Origin: Octopus vulgaris
Lineage: Eukaryota
NCBI GenBank assembly: GCA_951406725.2
Contig: OX597830.1
Span: forward strand, 37,014,001 to 37,078,000
DNA: 64,000 nucleotides
Reading direction: 5' to 3'
The notes below the pieces were generated by a model. The model had not been told where the DNA came from. It did not search any database and saw only the letters and a program-made list of their open reading frames with translations. Below are positions 13,231-26,373 of the stretch, one piece after another (the first letter of the stretch is position 1; each line of letters opens with the position of its first letter). The translations under genes and the position numbers were made by a program.

Positions 13231-13599
13231 GCACGCAAGCACGCACGCACGCACCCCCCCACACGCACGCACGCACGCACGCACGCACGCACACCCACCT
13301 ACACCCCCCACACACACTCACACACACATGATGATTTGGATATGCCCGCTAATGTAGGGAGGTTGCCTCCCTTGCCAGTTGTTGAGATAGTGATTTTCGT
13401 AACTATTGAGTTGTTTTGACTCTGATTTCTAGCAATACTGCTGCTGACTACTGCCCTTAGTCACTTTAGAGACGTTTATATTTCTGCCTTTAGCGTGTAA
13501 AATTGAGAATAAGCTACCCATATTACTAATATATATATATAAATAATATAAATAATATATATATGCATATATACATACTGATATGTATATACTTATATC

Positions 13600-13651
<52 letters not shown>

Positions 13652-13811
13652 TATGCGGGCACAGGACGTCACGAAATGTGTACAACAAAAAATACGATGT
13701 ACGAGTACATAGAATATGAACTATTTTTTCGAACAATGCAAAACACAAATGGAAAACAAGACAAACAGTATAAAGAACGACCCTTCATCAGATGGCTGTT
13801 TTTCTACTCTC

Positions 13812-14055
13812 GTCACGTGACCAACCGGACTATGAAATGCCGTTCTACATCGCTAGTCATAATACGCTTTGCGTCTTTAGCCTTTGAATGATGCCACCCC
13901 ACTGGCTGGGTGAGAAAGCCAACATTCCGCCCTCTGATCGAAAGGGGGCCTGGAGCAACGTGAAATGAAGTGATTTGCTCAAGAACACAACGCGCCGTCC
14001 AGTCAGGGAACCTCACCCACGATCTAGCGATCGTGACTGCAACCATTAGGCCACG
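13812..14055 (-). mobile_element. tRNA-derived SINE (family C/D core)
   Basis: ctggagcaacgtgaaatgaagtgatttgctcaagaacacaacgc core is shared with the other copies. Confidence 0.65.
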
Positions 14056-14061
14056 TGTAAG

Positions 14062-14129
<68 letters not shown>

Positions 14130-14157
14130 CATCCATCCATCCATCCATCCATCCATC

Positions 14158-14237
<80 letters not shown>

Positions 14238-14599
14238 GTCTATCTAACTATCTATGTATACACACATGCACACAAACGCACACAAACGCACACACACATA
14301 GACAAGCGGCCCCACCCGCACACATGCGTATGCAGACAGTCATACTTTCGTATATACAAGCCTGTATTTGCCTTTTCATACCTTCGCAGCCGTATAGACA
14401 CCTTCTATTCCTGCTTATCTAAATTATTTAAAAGACCAACGTACAAATAAATAGTGACCTACAATATCTTTATTGCCAAAGTAATAAAACGCAACGTTAA
14501 TTTGTAATAACTTTATGAAAAATTATCCAAGAGGAATCAAAGTTTGTCTCATTATTTTGTAGGTCTTTCTTTTACTAATATCACAGCTTTCACCCGATT

Positions 14600-14830
14600 A
14601 GGCATAGAGGTGATTAAATTATCAATGACAGATTGATCGATGTTTATCCACTCTTCGGTTTAATGCTTCTTTCGGCTCTGTAATTAATGTAATTTTGGCC
14701 AATCTTGCCAACAACCTTCGATAAAGATATTCCCATACGTGCTCAATCGGATTAAGATTGGAGCTTCGAGTAACACGGTTCAGAGATTCGATTCTATAAT
14801 TTCTCTGCCAAGATTGTGATATCATGCTGG
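14600..14830 (-). pseudogene. Tc1 transposase C-terminal remnant
   Basis: SSNLNPIEHVW corresponds to the Tc1 SPDLNPIE-x-W motif. Confidence 0.7.
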
Positions 14831-15051
14831 TATGGCATGAGAGGACGCTGTCTTATTAGAAAGGAGTAGCGATCTTATCAAAATGTATTCTGAAATCAAT
14901 GGATAACAAGTACTAATATTTGACTTTTGAGGTCCTTTAATAAAATTATCTCTTATATATCTGACTCTCAAACCTTTCTTCTGACACGTTAACTCAAATA
15001 TCTTCATATTTAACTGTTTGTTGCAAACAATCTAGTTCCTCTTTTCTTGTC

Positions 15052-15121
<70 letters not shown>

Positions 15122-15706
15122 GTATATATATCTGTTGTGAACTGGAAAATTGGCAGAGTTTGATCAAAATTCATCTTCCACGTGGCAGAAATTTTCGGTC
15201 TTAGCTTTTGAAGCCATTGGCTCCCTTCTTGAAACTCATCGTTTACATCGAAGATATTTCAATACAGCTATTGCATAATATAACGATACCTGTATAGAAT
15301 TTGCAACATTTCTGCATAAAATTTGAGTAATCCCTTCTTAACTATCCTTTTTGCCATCTCAGAAACTTTAGAAAAGACATCTAAGTATCTTTTACGCTCA
15401 GAAGACTTCTTCAATACAACTCTCGTCTATGTTATTCATTGCGTGACGATTAATAACGAGGAAGGTAGGTGCTTCTCGATTGGACTTTGCTTGTAGGTAT
15501 TGATGACTTGCCCGCTTGTAAATTCATCGAAAATTTTTTGTAAACCCACGAGATTTCATTGTCGAATTAAAAAAAAAAATTAAGTTAATTAATCCAAAAT
15601 CGCAATTTGATTCAGATCTGTTAATGGAAAGAAAGAAAGCACATGGAATTAAAGAAAAAAATTCTCACGAAATATCAACGGGTAGACAAACAATTTCTTG
15701 TAAACC

Positions 15707-15783
<77 letters not shown>

Positions 15784-15886
15784 CTTACTTGGAAATGGAT
15801 GGTTGGTGTTCAGTCATATAATAATATAAATAATATATGATTATATATGTATATATACATACATATATGTACATACATACATACAT

Positions 15887-15955
<69 letters not shown>

Positions 15956-15959
15956 CATA

Positions 15960-16575
15960 TGGGTGCAGGACGCCACAAAACGTAAACAACATGAAACACA
16001 AAAGCGACATAGATTATGAAATACGAAAACAACATGAAATACGAAAGCAAACCAGGGAATGCGAACATCGAGAGAAACAAATGGAAAACAAGACAAGTAA
16101 CATAAAGAACGACCCTTCATCAGTTGCCGGCTGTTTATCTACTTCACACTTCGAGCAATTCCCGACAATATGTGGCTTCGAAAACAGTTGCTCCTGCGAA
16201 ACAAAATAAAATTTGGGATTTTGCGGAGGGTCAAAGTTGGTATCAAATTCAGGACAGTGGAGACATACAACAAACCAAGCAAAAACAATGAGGGAGGGCC
16301 GTTTGGCCAGACGAGGTAAGGTTGCGAACGTTAGAGGAATATTCTTTGATAAGAGAAAAGGTACGAGAGGAGACTGATAAGAATGCGCCTGGTCTGTGCG
16401 ACAGACTGAAGGAAAAGGAAGATGATCACGTGAGGAAAAGAAAGATAGACGATGGTCACGTGTGAGCAACGAGAGAGAGAGAGAGTAAAGGAGGAAGAGG
16501 GAGAGAGATAGAAAACAGTGAAAGGGAGAAAAAGAATAAGAGAAGGGATGAGAGAGAAAACGAAAGGGGGAGATA
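15960..16575 (-). mobile_element. interspersed repeat next to (TA)n, probably PLE-derived; a related copy lies at 13655-13812
   Basis: Both copies share aaatggaaaacaagaca...aaagaacgacccttcatcag (CTGATGAAGGG on the minus strand) and start at a TA tract. Confidence 0.5.
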
Positions 16576-16628
16576 CATACACACACACATATACGCACGT
16601 CTGCGCGCACACAATATATATTTCTATA

Positions 16629-16685
<57 letters not shown>

Positions 16686-16806
16686 GTATGTAAGTATGTG
16701 TGAGTGTGTGTATTTCATATGTATATATATATATACATTCATAATACACACACATGCATATACGCGTGCGCGAAACACACACATTTCTATATATGTATGT
16801 ATATAT

Positions 16807-17090
16807 GCTTAGTGGTTAGGGTATTCAACTCATGACCGTAAAGTCGTGAGTTCGATTCCTCGTGGTGCGTTGTCTCCTTGAACAAGATACTTATCTCATT
16901 ATTCTAGTCCACTCAGCTGGCAAAAATGTTTTGTATCCGCACTTCATAAAGGCCAGCCTTTCCACAATCTGTGTGTCGCTGAATCTCTCTGGGAACTATG
17001 TTTTGGGTATGCATGTCTGTTACACGTTAATTTCACAGGCAAGTTGTTCGGTAAATGCAAGCAAGTGGAACACACATCGTCGTAACTGGA
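16807..17090 (+). mobile_element. tRNA-derived SINE (family C/D); related copy at 43725-44037 (-)
   Basis: gcttagtggttaggg...gagttcgattcct head and ctagtccactcagctgg core. Confidence 0.65.
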
Positions 17091-17467
17091 GGAGAGGCAG
17101 GCCACACAAACGTACACCCCCCACATATATGTATATATTTATGATTAATCAAAGGACATACTAAGTATGTCCTTCGATTAATTTTAATCCTTCAGCTATT
17201 TAATGCTTTTTGGGGGTTTGCAATCGCCTATATTATTGATTCTGTAATTATCATTTTAATTGTTACACTAGATAATAATAGAGGTAATAATATCTTCGCA
17301 AATATTTACTTCTGAATAATTTGCTCCGTATTGTAAATATTTATATATATGCACATATATATGCATATACATTCATACTCGTAGACACATGTATTGGCCG
17401 GGTTAACGGCTGTGGCATGTAACTTATCAATAATTTTATTCACATGCATGTACTAAGAAAGAAGAAA

Positions 17468-17799
17468 AAGGACCCTCTTCGATCATGAATGACCATGGGA
17501 TTGCATCTACAAAATTTCTCCTCCAAGGCACAGGTCCGGGCAAGATTGTTTATAGAAGACCAGCAGTCACCCATGCATACCAGCCTCCCCTGTGCACCAA
17601 TGTTATCCAAGGGAACTGCAAAGGCCGATACAGCTTTGGTATCAGTGATGTCGTAACTCATTTCTACAGCTGAGTTAACTAGAGCAACGTGAAATAAAGT
17701 GTCTTGCTCAACAACACAACACACATACCAGTCCTGGAATCGAACTCACTACCTCATGATTGTGAGCCCGACGCTCTAACCACTGAGCCATGCGCCTTC
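17468..17799 (-). mobile_element. tRNA-derived SINE (family C/D head, RTE-like tail)
   Basis: Head gaaggcgcatggctcagtggttagagcg...gagttcgattcc; homologous to 12440-12778. Confidence 0.75.
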
Positions 17800-17920
17800 A
17801 ACACATACATGCACAAACATACATATATCCACGCTCGGAATTAGGCTTCTGGCCAGAAACTGTATGCACATAAGTACACACACACAAAGACACGCATACA
17901 CACACACACACATGCACGCA

Positions 17921-17952
<32 letters not shown>

Positions 17953-18903
17953 TACACACACACAAATGATGAACACGTTGACGTAAATATACATGGGATT
18001 GCACATACACATAACATTGGGCGATGACTGTAGGTTAATTGGACTCTCTCTCATAGCTCTAATGCTGAATAAGTTATTGAAAGACTTGGGTACTTAAGAG
18101 AATGTGTTGAAGATATCTGTGTCAGAGCTGATGTTTTCAACATGTATAAGTCAACTAGAGACATCAGGTTGGCTGGCTTATGATATAATCATCGTTTCCT
18201 TAATACACTGTTAAACTAATTACTGTTGTATAAGGTGTAATCTCTCGAAACAAAACGGGCTTTAACAAATTATAACAAAATAGATTTTTAAATGAGACAA
18301 TCTTTTTCTTCACCTGATACACTCCCAGAGTGAAATTTAGATTGAAATTTAAGCACAGCTAATAACCGAAAAACTAATGTAATTTTATATGCACATGATA
18401 TCCTTTAATATAAAAGGTATGTTAAAGAAATCACGTGTAAATAAAATTACAAAACTATATTATGTATATTACATAACACATTCCTTATCTAAAAGAAAGC
18501 ATGTTATAACGGAAGCTAATTACAATTCTCTATGTAGCCTTCGGACACGCTAGAAATAGCTATTAATTCTTGCTCATATCACACCTTATCTTCTCTTAAA
18601 AAGAAATAAATTATAGACTCTAATATTGTCACAGCTCGCTGTCAGATAGCATAATTACAACCGATGCTGAAGGCTCTAGTTGTAACCTACACACTATCCA
18701 ATAAAGTTCGTTCCAATGTTTGGTTGTGTTCTACGATAAGGCAGTAAGTATTTACATGGAGTGGAATAACAAGGAATAATCTACGAATCATTTAAGTTTT
18801 TCTATGTGTCATCAGAAATAACTTCCTCAACATTTAGCCTCCGGAAGCATCTTTCCTTAATGTCTGGTATACATGTACATATTTACAAAGAAACAGGGAC
18901 AAA

Positions 18904-19057
<154 letters not shown>

Positions 19058-19443
19058 TAAATGTATTGAGAGGCAAGTTAGGCAAGTCGATTTACACAGA
19101 ATATTAAATACATTTAATAGAAAAAATATACATGACTATGGATGTAAAATAGTCCGATTTACAGAGTATAAATGATATCAGGTGTTAAATGAGTAGAGAT
19201 AGTCCAAACTGCTGTATATATAAAGAGGCACACTGTTTACCATTCCCATTAGGATGGAACTGTGCAGTCAAATGTTCTAACTTTGCTTCAGTCATGAAGC
19301 AGTTATCTACCCTGTCAGTATATATATATATATAAATGTGCTATAAGTAGTTTTACTTATAGTTTTACTTATAGCAGCTATAAGTAGTTTTACTCTTATT
19401 TCTAGCAATATATGAGCTTGTAGCATACACAGACACAATTAGT

Positions 19444-19480
<37 letters not shown>

Positions 19481-19526
19481 TAGTCATTACTAATTACATA
19501 CATATACATATAGTCGTCACTAATAT

Positions 19527-19684
19527 AGGCGTGGTTGTGTGGTAAGAAGCTTGCTTCTCAACCACATGATTCCGGGTTTAGTCCCACAGCGTAGCATCTT
19601 GGGCATGTGTCTTCTACTATAGCCTCTGGCCGAACAAAGCCTTGAGAGTGGATTTGGTAGACGGAAACTGAAAGAAGCCCGTCG

Positions 19685-19715
<31 letters not shown>

Positions 19716-20101
19716 AAATATTAGGGAATAAATCCAAATTTACAGGGAAAAATCAGATTTAGGATTAAATCCAATTTTATAGTAAAATATTATATAATAT
19801 AATTCGAGACAAAACCACTATTTTGCAAAACAAACAAGGAAAGACTTAATCAATACATAAAATTTTTTAATATAAATAAATATAAATATAATATATATAT
19901 ATATATATATACGTGTGTATGTGTGTGTGTGTGTGTGTGTGTTTGTGTGTCTGTATTGTCTCCCACCATCCCTTGACAAAAGAGACTCGATGGAATACGT
20001 ACTGGGCTTGCAAAAGATAAGTCCTTTGTCGATTTGTTAGATTAAAGTTGGTGCTCCAGCATGACCGCTGCCAAATGACAAACAAATAAAAGAATAAAAG
20101 A
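19527..20101 (+). mobile_element. family B SINE with a nested insert in its internal (TA)n
   Basis: Head 19527-19685, foreign AT-rich insert 19711-19880, tail 19920-20101. Confidence 0.8.
19711..19880 (-). mobile_element. 3' tail fragment of the hammerhead-bearing family seen at 25915-26378
   Basis: tattagggaataaatccaaatttacagggaaaaatcagattt... matches 25921-26080 and the reverse complement of 21330-21497. Confidence 0.8.
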
Positions 20102-20238
20102 ATATATAATATAAAGAATATACATATGTATATATATATATATTCTTTTATTCTTTTATTATATATAATATATGTATACATATGATTATATATAAATATA
20201 TATATATGTACATATGCATATACATGTACATATATATA

Positions 20239-21296
20239 TCTATATATATAAAACTCAACTTGTATATCTGTGTGTGTATATGTGTGTATGTCTGTGTGCT
20301 TAACGTCCCGGCACATCTCCTCCTAGCCAACAAATCGTAGAACCACCAAAAATGGGTCACTTTAAGTTTAGGCGAATGAAAATTGAACTGCGCAATTTCT
20401 GTTCCGAAATTCATCTCGTAAGTGCAAAAAATATCGATAATGTGTTTGTTTAGGCCTTATCCCATGCATTGAATAGTGAACTTCACTCAGTCAGCTGTTT
20501 GACGTGAACTGTGTTCACCAAGCGTGCATAAAAAATAAAAAATCAAGATATAAAAACGAATCGCTGTAAACATTGTAGAAAATCGGCAAAGAAATAAATT
20601 TTCGAGATGTAGCCTGGAAGGTTTTTCGTATTAATCATTTGGACTTTGTGAACACATACCAATTGTTTTCATAACATTTTTAACGCTTTCAATTAAATGT
20701 GACCATTTTGCGTTGAGTCTGCAGTTTGAATCACTTTAACCAAATTTTAGCAGGCCGGATTTTTGATCATCACGATACATCGCCAGCAACTCCCTGAAAC
20801 TCTCCCCTGAAATCCCCGTTGAGAAATCTATATATATAAAGCTCAACTTGTGTGTCTGTGTGTGTATCTGTGTGTTTAACTTTTGGATCTACCAAGTTTC
20901 ATTATTAAGGATGGAAAGTAGTGTGTAGCAAATCTATATATATAAAGCTGAAGTTGTCTGTGTGTGCAGGTTTGGTAGCCTTCAACTAACACTATCTTAT
21001 TCGAGACCCTGCAGCGAAAGTTGACCAAAATTGAGAGTATGATAGAAGAAGGCTTGCTCTTCATTCTGTAGAAGATGTTAATACCAAAAATTATTTACAT
21101 CAAAAAGGTGCTTTTTTTCTATGAAAATCCCTATTTTCTTACGATTTTTGACTGTTGTGCCACCATATTTCGGTGTATTTCAACTGGAAAAATGTTCAAT
21201 TGAAGAGAATAACAAGTTGCATAATGCAAAATTTATACTTTTCAAAAATTCCAATTCTAAAGGGCCGAAACAAACCCAAGCAACACCGGATGATAC
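20239..21296 (+). mobile_element. non-autonomous Helitron(s)
   Basis: Three A^TCTATATATATAAA 5' ends (20239, 20827, 20933) and a decayed 3' hairpin cccaagcaacaccgga similar to 4379-4395. Confidence 0.6.
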
Positions 21297-21304
21297 TTTT
21301 TTTT

Positions 21305-21492
21305 AAATAATTTTGTTATATATTTAAATAATATAAATTAATCTTATGTATTGGCTTAAGTTTTTCATTGTTTGATTTGCCTAATAGTGGTTTTGTCTCT
21401 AATTTAATATAATATAATATTTTACTATAAAATTGGATTCAATCCTAAATCTGATTTTTCCCTGTAAGTTTGGATTTATTCCCTAATATTTT

Positions 21493-21497
<5 letters not shown>
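21305..21497 (+). mobile_element. 3' tail fragment of the 25915-26378 family ending in (TA)n
   Basis: tatgtattggcttaag...ggatttattccctaatatt. Confidence 0.8.
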
Positions 21498-21552
<55 letters not shown>

Positions 21553-21821
21553 ATGTATATATATATATAAACGCACACATATAAATCCATACGTGCCAGA
21601 TTATACACGTCAAGAAGAAGGCTATTACGGTGTCACTGCATCTACAAGAAGTAAAATTATTTAAAATCATACTATCATACTCTCTTTTCCCCAATGCCTA
21701 AAACTACATTGAACATGTAACAATGAAGAGAGCTGGGTGGATTAGTTATAGATGAAGCGCTTTTGCTAATGAGTTTATTCTATCAGAGACAACCAGCAGT
21801 TAACTATAGAAACATGTATCA

Positions 21822-22416
21822 GAGATGGCAGAAACGTCAGCACTGCCGCTACGTTCTGAGTTCAAATTCCGCCGAGGTAGACTTTGCCTTTCATCCTTTC
21901 GGGGTCGATAAATTAAGTATCAATTACGCACCGGGGTCGATGTAATCGACTTAATCCGTTTGTCTGTCCTTGTTTGTCCTCTCTGTGTTTAGCCCCTTGT
22001 GGGTAGTAAAGAAATAGGTATTTCGCCTGCCGTTACAGTCTGAATTCAAATTCCGCCGAGGTCGACTTTGCCTCTCATTCTTTTAGGATCGATAAATTAA
22101 GTACCAGTTACGCACTGGGGTCGAGGTAATCGACTTGATCACTTTGTCTTTCCTTGTTTGTCCCCTCTATGTTTGATCCCTTGTGGACAATAGAGAAATA
22201 AGAAACGTTAGCACGCTGAGCGAAATGCTCCGTGGGATTTTATCTGCCGCTACGTTCTGAGTTCAAATTCCACCGAGGTAGACTTTGCCTTTCATCCTTT
22301 CGGGGTCGATAAATTAAGTACCAGTTACGCACTGGGGTTGATGTAATCGAATTTATCCGTTTGTCTGTCCTTGTTTGTCCCCTCTATGTTTGGCCCTTGT
22401 AGGCAATACGGAAATA
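21822..22416 (+). mobile_element. head-to-tail trimer of family A SINE with 14-bp TSD
   Basis: Three units; agaaacatgtatca at 21808-21821 and 22417-22430. Confidence 0.9.
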
Positions 22417-22808
22417 AGAAACATGTATCATTGTATGATGTTGTTGTTTGTGGTAATGGGGGTAATCGTGATGCAGTTCATGGTAGCGATTGTTAATTTT
22501 CAGTCGTGCTGAAACAGAGCAATCTCCACCCCGTCTGCTGTTTGTACATATACATCTGACGAGGCATAGTGTGTCCTTTTATCATTTTTAAAGAACGGAA
22601 TTGCGCATTGGGTACGTCGATCTAATGCAATATATTTAAACGAAAGACGCTTTAATAACGGTGGAATACCACAATTTCACCAATTTCCATATGTTATCTA
22701 TATTTATGCATACATTTAATCACAAACTAGCCATATATATTTTTTATGCTATTTACTAACACAGACAACGATTGCTAGGATTACAATTTACATATGTAGC
22801 ATTTACAA

Positions 22809-22960
22809 TGCAAGTTTACATATGTAACACGTTGTGGACCGCAACTTCATCGTATGATGATATACCATTACCAATGAATAGTTCAATCTGATATTACAAA
22901 ATCCTCATTAATTTACCGTTTGAAGTTGCGGTCCACGGTGTGTTACATATGTAAATTGCA
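22809..22960. repeat. inverted repeat, about 40-bp arms and 71-nt spacer
   Basis: tgcaagtttacatatgtaacacgttgtggaccgcaacttca / tgaagttgcggtccacggtgtgttacatatgtaaattgca. Confidence 0.85.
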
Positions 22961-23109
22961 GGCGTGTTTATGAAGGCTCTAAGTCCAAATTCAAGAAAGT
23001 AAAAAGTCCGGTCGTTCTCATTAAACTCTTGGGAATATCGTATAGCAAAAATGCTTAAACTTGCTGATATACATACATACATACATACATACATACATAC
23101 ATACATACA

Positions 23110-23143
<34 letters not shown>

Positions 23144-23152
23144 CATATATAT

Positions 23153-23198
<46 letters not shown>

Positions 23199-23219
23199 AT
23201 ATATATGTATATATATATG

Positions 23220-23250
<31 letters not shown>

Positions 23251-23275
23251 GTATATACAAATATATATATATGTA

Positions 23276-23358
<83 letters not shown>

Positions 23359-23360
23359 GC

Positions 23361-23408
23361 AAAAACTGTCCGATGAACGGCAACGGGAAACACAGAGTAA
23401 CAGGTTTT
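23361..23408 (+). ncRNA. degenerate minimal hammerhead motif
   Basis: ctgt CCGATGA a-cg-gcaa-cg-g GAAAC acaga GTA acag, then AATAAA; the insert lies between (TA)n tracts. Confidence 0.5.
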
Positions 23409-23448
23409 GTTGAATTTTCTGCTGCTTTAAATAAAGTATGTATATACA

Positions 23449-23553
<105 letters not shown>

Positions 23554-23893
23554 ATATATATATTGTGTTGATTAAAGTTTCTAGTTTTGTGTTCTATAGT
23601 ATAGCATGAAAGTAGAACATGGTAGTATACCAATAATGCAGTAAACGATCTAGCTGTCAGGAATGATTTATATATGTGAAAAATGGACTGATCACTACAT
23701 TTTAGCCTTTAACGAATGCGAGTTCATGCGTTGTCTCTTTAGGGAACGTTAAGGACAGTTCTAAGTTTCTGACAAAATTCCAAATCTCTAAAGCTAGTCA
23801 GGCTGTTTTCACCTTTTCTATCCACGTATATTTCATTGACAATATATGTCATTGACTAAAATCAATATGCATGCATACGCACACAGAAACATA

Positions 23894-24000
<107 letters not shown>

Positions 24001-24689
24001 ATGTATGTATGTACATGCAATTGTATATTCATATCCATACACAGACAAAGTTTCTCATTTCTACAACTTCCTAATTTTGAATCTCAGTTTGTATTCTGTT
24101 CCTCATCAGTTGCATCCAATTTCTCAAACAGAGAGGATGTGGATAATTTCATTTCTTTCTTTATTTTATTTACTTCTTATAATTTTTAACCTGTACAAGA
24201 TTTAGGTCTTGAGTTTCATAGAGTGAAATGGCAAAATGACGGATATGACGTGTATCTGGCAAAGACCAGATGCACAAAAGAAACAAATATACAATAAAAT
24301 GAAAAATAGTATTACATATAACCGTTAAAAGGTATGGATATACCATCGCATCAAAACTCGCAGCCTGGCACAGGTATTCACGTCCGTACAAACGTACATT
24401 CATAACAAGACCGCTGATGGCTTCAGCTAACCATAAGCAGTGAATGTACTTTACCAGCAAACTACCAGGTGTATACCATATACTTAATTAACTACTATAT
24501 TTAATAAACTGCACTCACACACACGCACACACTCACACTTAAACATACGTATTTAAATGAATGCATTTTTATAAATGTACATATATACATGGAGAGAATA
24601 TATATTTGATTAAAGACATAAATAGCTGCATATAGAATTATACACCTTCACTCTTATATATGAAATTATCCCTGGGTATTCTTTTCTTT

Positions 24690-25065
24690 TTTATTCCTCT
24701 ATTTTTTTCAGTAATTTTGACTGCGGCCATGCTGGAGCACTGCCTTTACCCGGACAAATCGTCCCCAGAACTGATTATTCTTTGTAAGCCTAGTACTTAT
24801 TCTATCGGCTCTTTTTTGCCGAACCGCTAAGTTACGTAGACATACACACACCTAGATCGCTTGTGCAGCGGTGGTGATGGGACAAACACAGAATACATAC
24901 ACACACACACGCACCCCTTTATATATACGATGTGCTACCAAATCTACTCATAAGGCTTTGGTCGGCCCGTGGATATAGTAGAAGACACCTGCCCAAGGTA
25001 CACTGCAGTGGGACTGAACCCAGAACCATGTGGCTGGGAAGCAAGCTTCTTACCACACAACCACA
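24690..25065 (-). mobile_element. family B SINE
   Basis: Matches the other copies. Confidence 0.8.
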
Positions 25066-25099
25066 TGTAAATTAAATATAAGGAGCGTTTAGACTTGTA

Positions 25100-25701
25100 T
25101 TGGGTTATCCGTAAAGATCGTGCCGATTTATAGCAGCTTACCTTTCGACTTATTTTAGAACATGTTTGAGTCCATAAAATAGGATTTGAATACACCTCCA
25201 TCTAGAGCATAGTTTAAGCTATCTTTTCGTGGAAGAAGTTTTATGTTCTTATAACCTGTGTAAATTCTGTAACCCTTTAAAATGGAAGATAAGAAAGATC
25301 ATTTTCGGCACTTGATGCTGTGGGAACCAGACAAAAATTGCTGCAGCTCGGCTGGGATGTGTTACCCCACCCTCCATATTCACCAGATATTGCTCCTTCG
25401 GATTTCCACTTATTCAGGCCTCTGTAGAATAGACTTAATGGTAAAAATTTCACTTCCTTGGATTACGTAAAAAAGATACCTTGATGAATTCTTTGCCATG
25501 AAACCACCTCAATTTTGGGAAGAGGGTATTTTCAAGTTAAGGGATTGATGGAGACGCATTGTGTAAGAAAATGGTTCATATTTGGTTGTAATCTCTGTCG
25601 AATTTTTTTTTTTTGTAAAATAATATTTTCTACTTTAGACTCAAAGTATTTATTGACCTTTTTTTTTTCTTTTGAAAATCGGCACTTTCCGGACAACCCA
25701 A
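25100..25701 (+). mobile_element. mariner internal-deletion derivative
   Basis: TIRs ttgggttatccgtaaag...gccgattt / aaatcggcactttccggacaacccaa flanked by TA; MEDKKDHFRHLML joined to LGWDVLPHPPYSPDIAPSDFHLF. Confidence 0.9.
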
Positions 25702-25802
25702 TATGATTGTATATTTGATTTACAATACATAAATATTTGAGTTGAATTTGGATACATTAGTTGCATAAATTATATTTCAAATGCTGAAAATGTTTAAAAA
25801 AA

Positions 25803-25878
<76 letters not shown>

Positions 25879-25994
25879 GGAGTAAACACTTGTTTTATAT
25901 ATATATATATATATATAATAAATATTAGGGAATAAATCCAAATTTACAAGGAAAAATCAGATTTAAGATTGAATCCAATTTTATAGTAAAATAT

Positions 25995-26373
25995 TATATT
26001 ATATCAAATTAGATACATAACCACTATTATGCAAATCAAACAAAGAAAGACTTAAGCCAATACATAAAATAATTTATATAAATTAAAATTTAACATATGA
26101 ATAACCACTACGATCGTTTCGTGTCAGCACATCTTAGACATTCTTCAGGTGGTTTCAAAACCTTCTTAGCGAGTTTTAAATTATTTAAATAATTTAAAAC
26201 TCGCTAAGAAGGTTTTGAAACCACCTGAAGAATGTCTAAGATGTGCTGACACGAAACGATCGTAGTGGTTATTCATATGTTAAATTTTAATTTATATAAA
26301 TTATTTTATGTATTGGCTTAAGTCTTTCTTTGTTTGATTTGCATAATAGTGGTTTTGTCTCTAATTTGATATA

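Noticed and set aside
15130-15540. Minus-strand peptide ERKRYLDVFSKVSEMAKRIVKKG resembling a MULE C-terminal helix
   Set aside because: No catalytic motif seen; the resemblance is too weak.
21822-22416. Regular repeats suggestive of a CRISPR array or tRNA cluster
   Set aside because: The units are whole SINE copies without unique spacers; the heads do not form complete cloverleaves; the context is eukaryotic.
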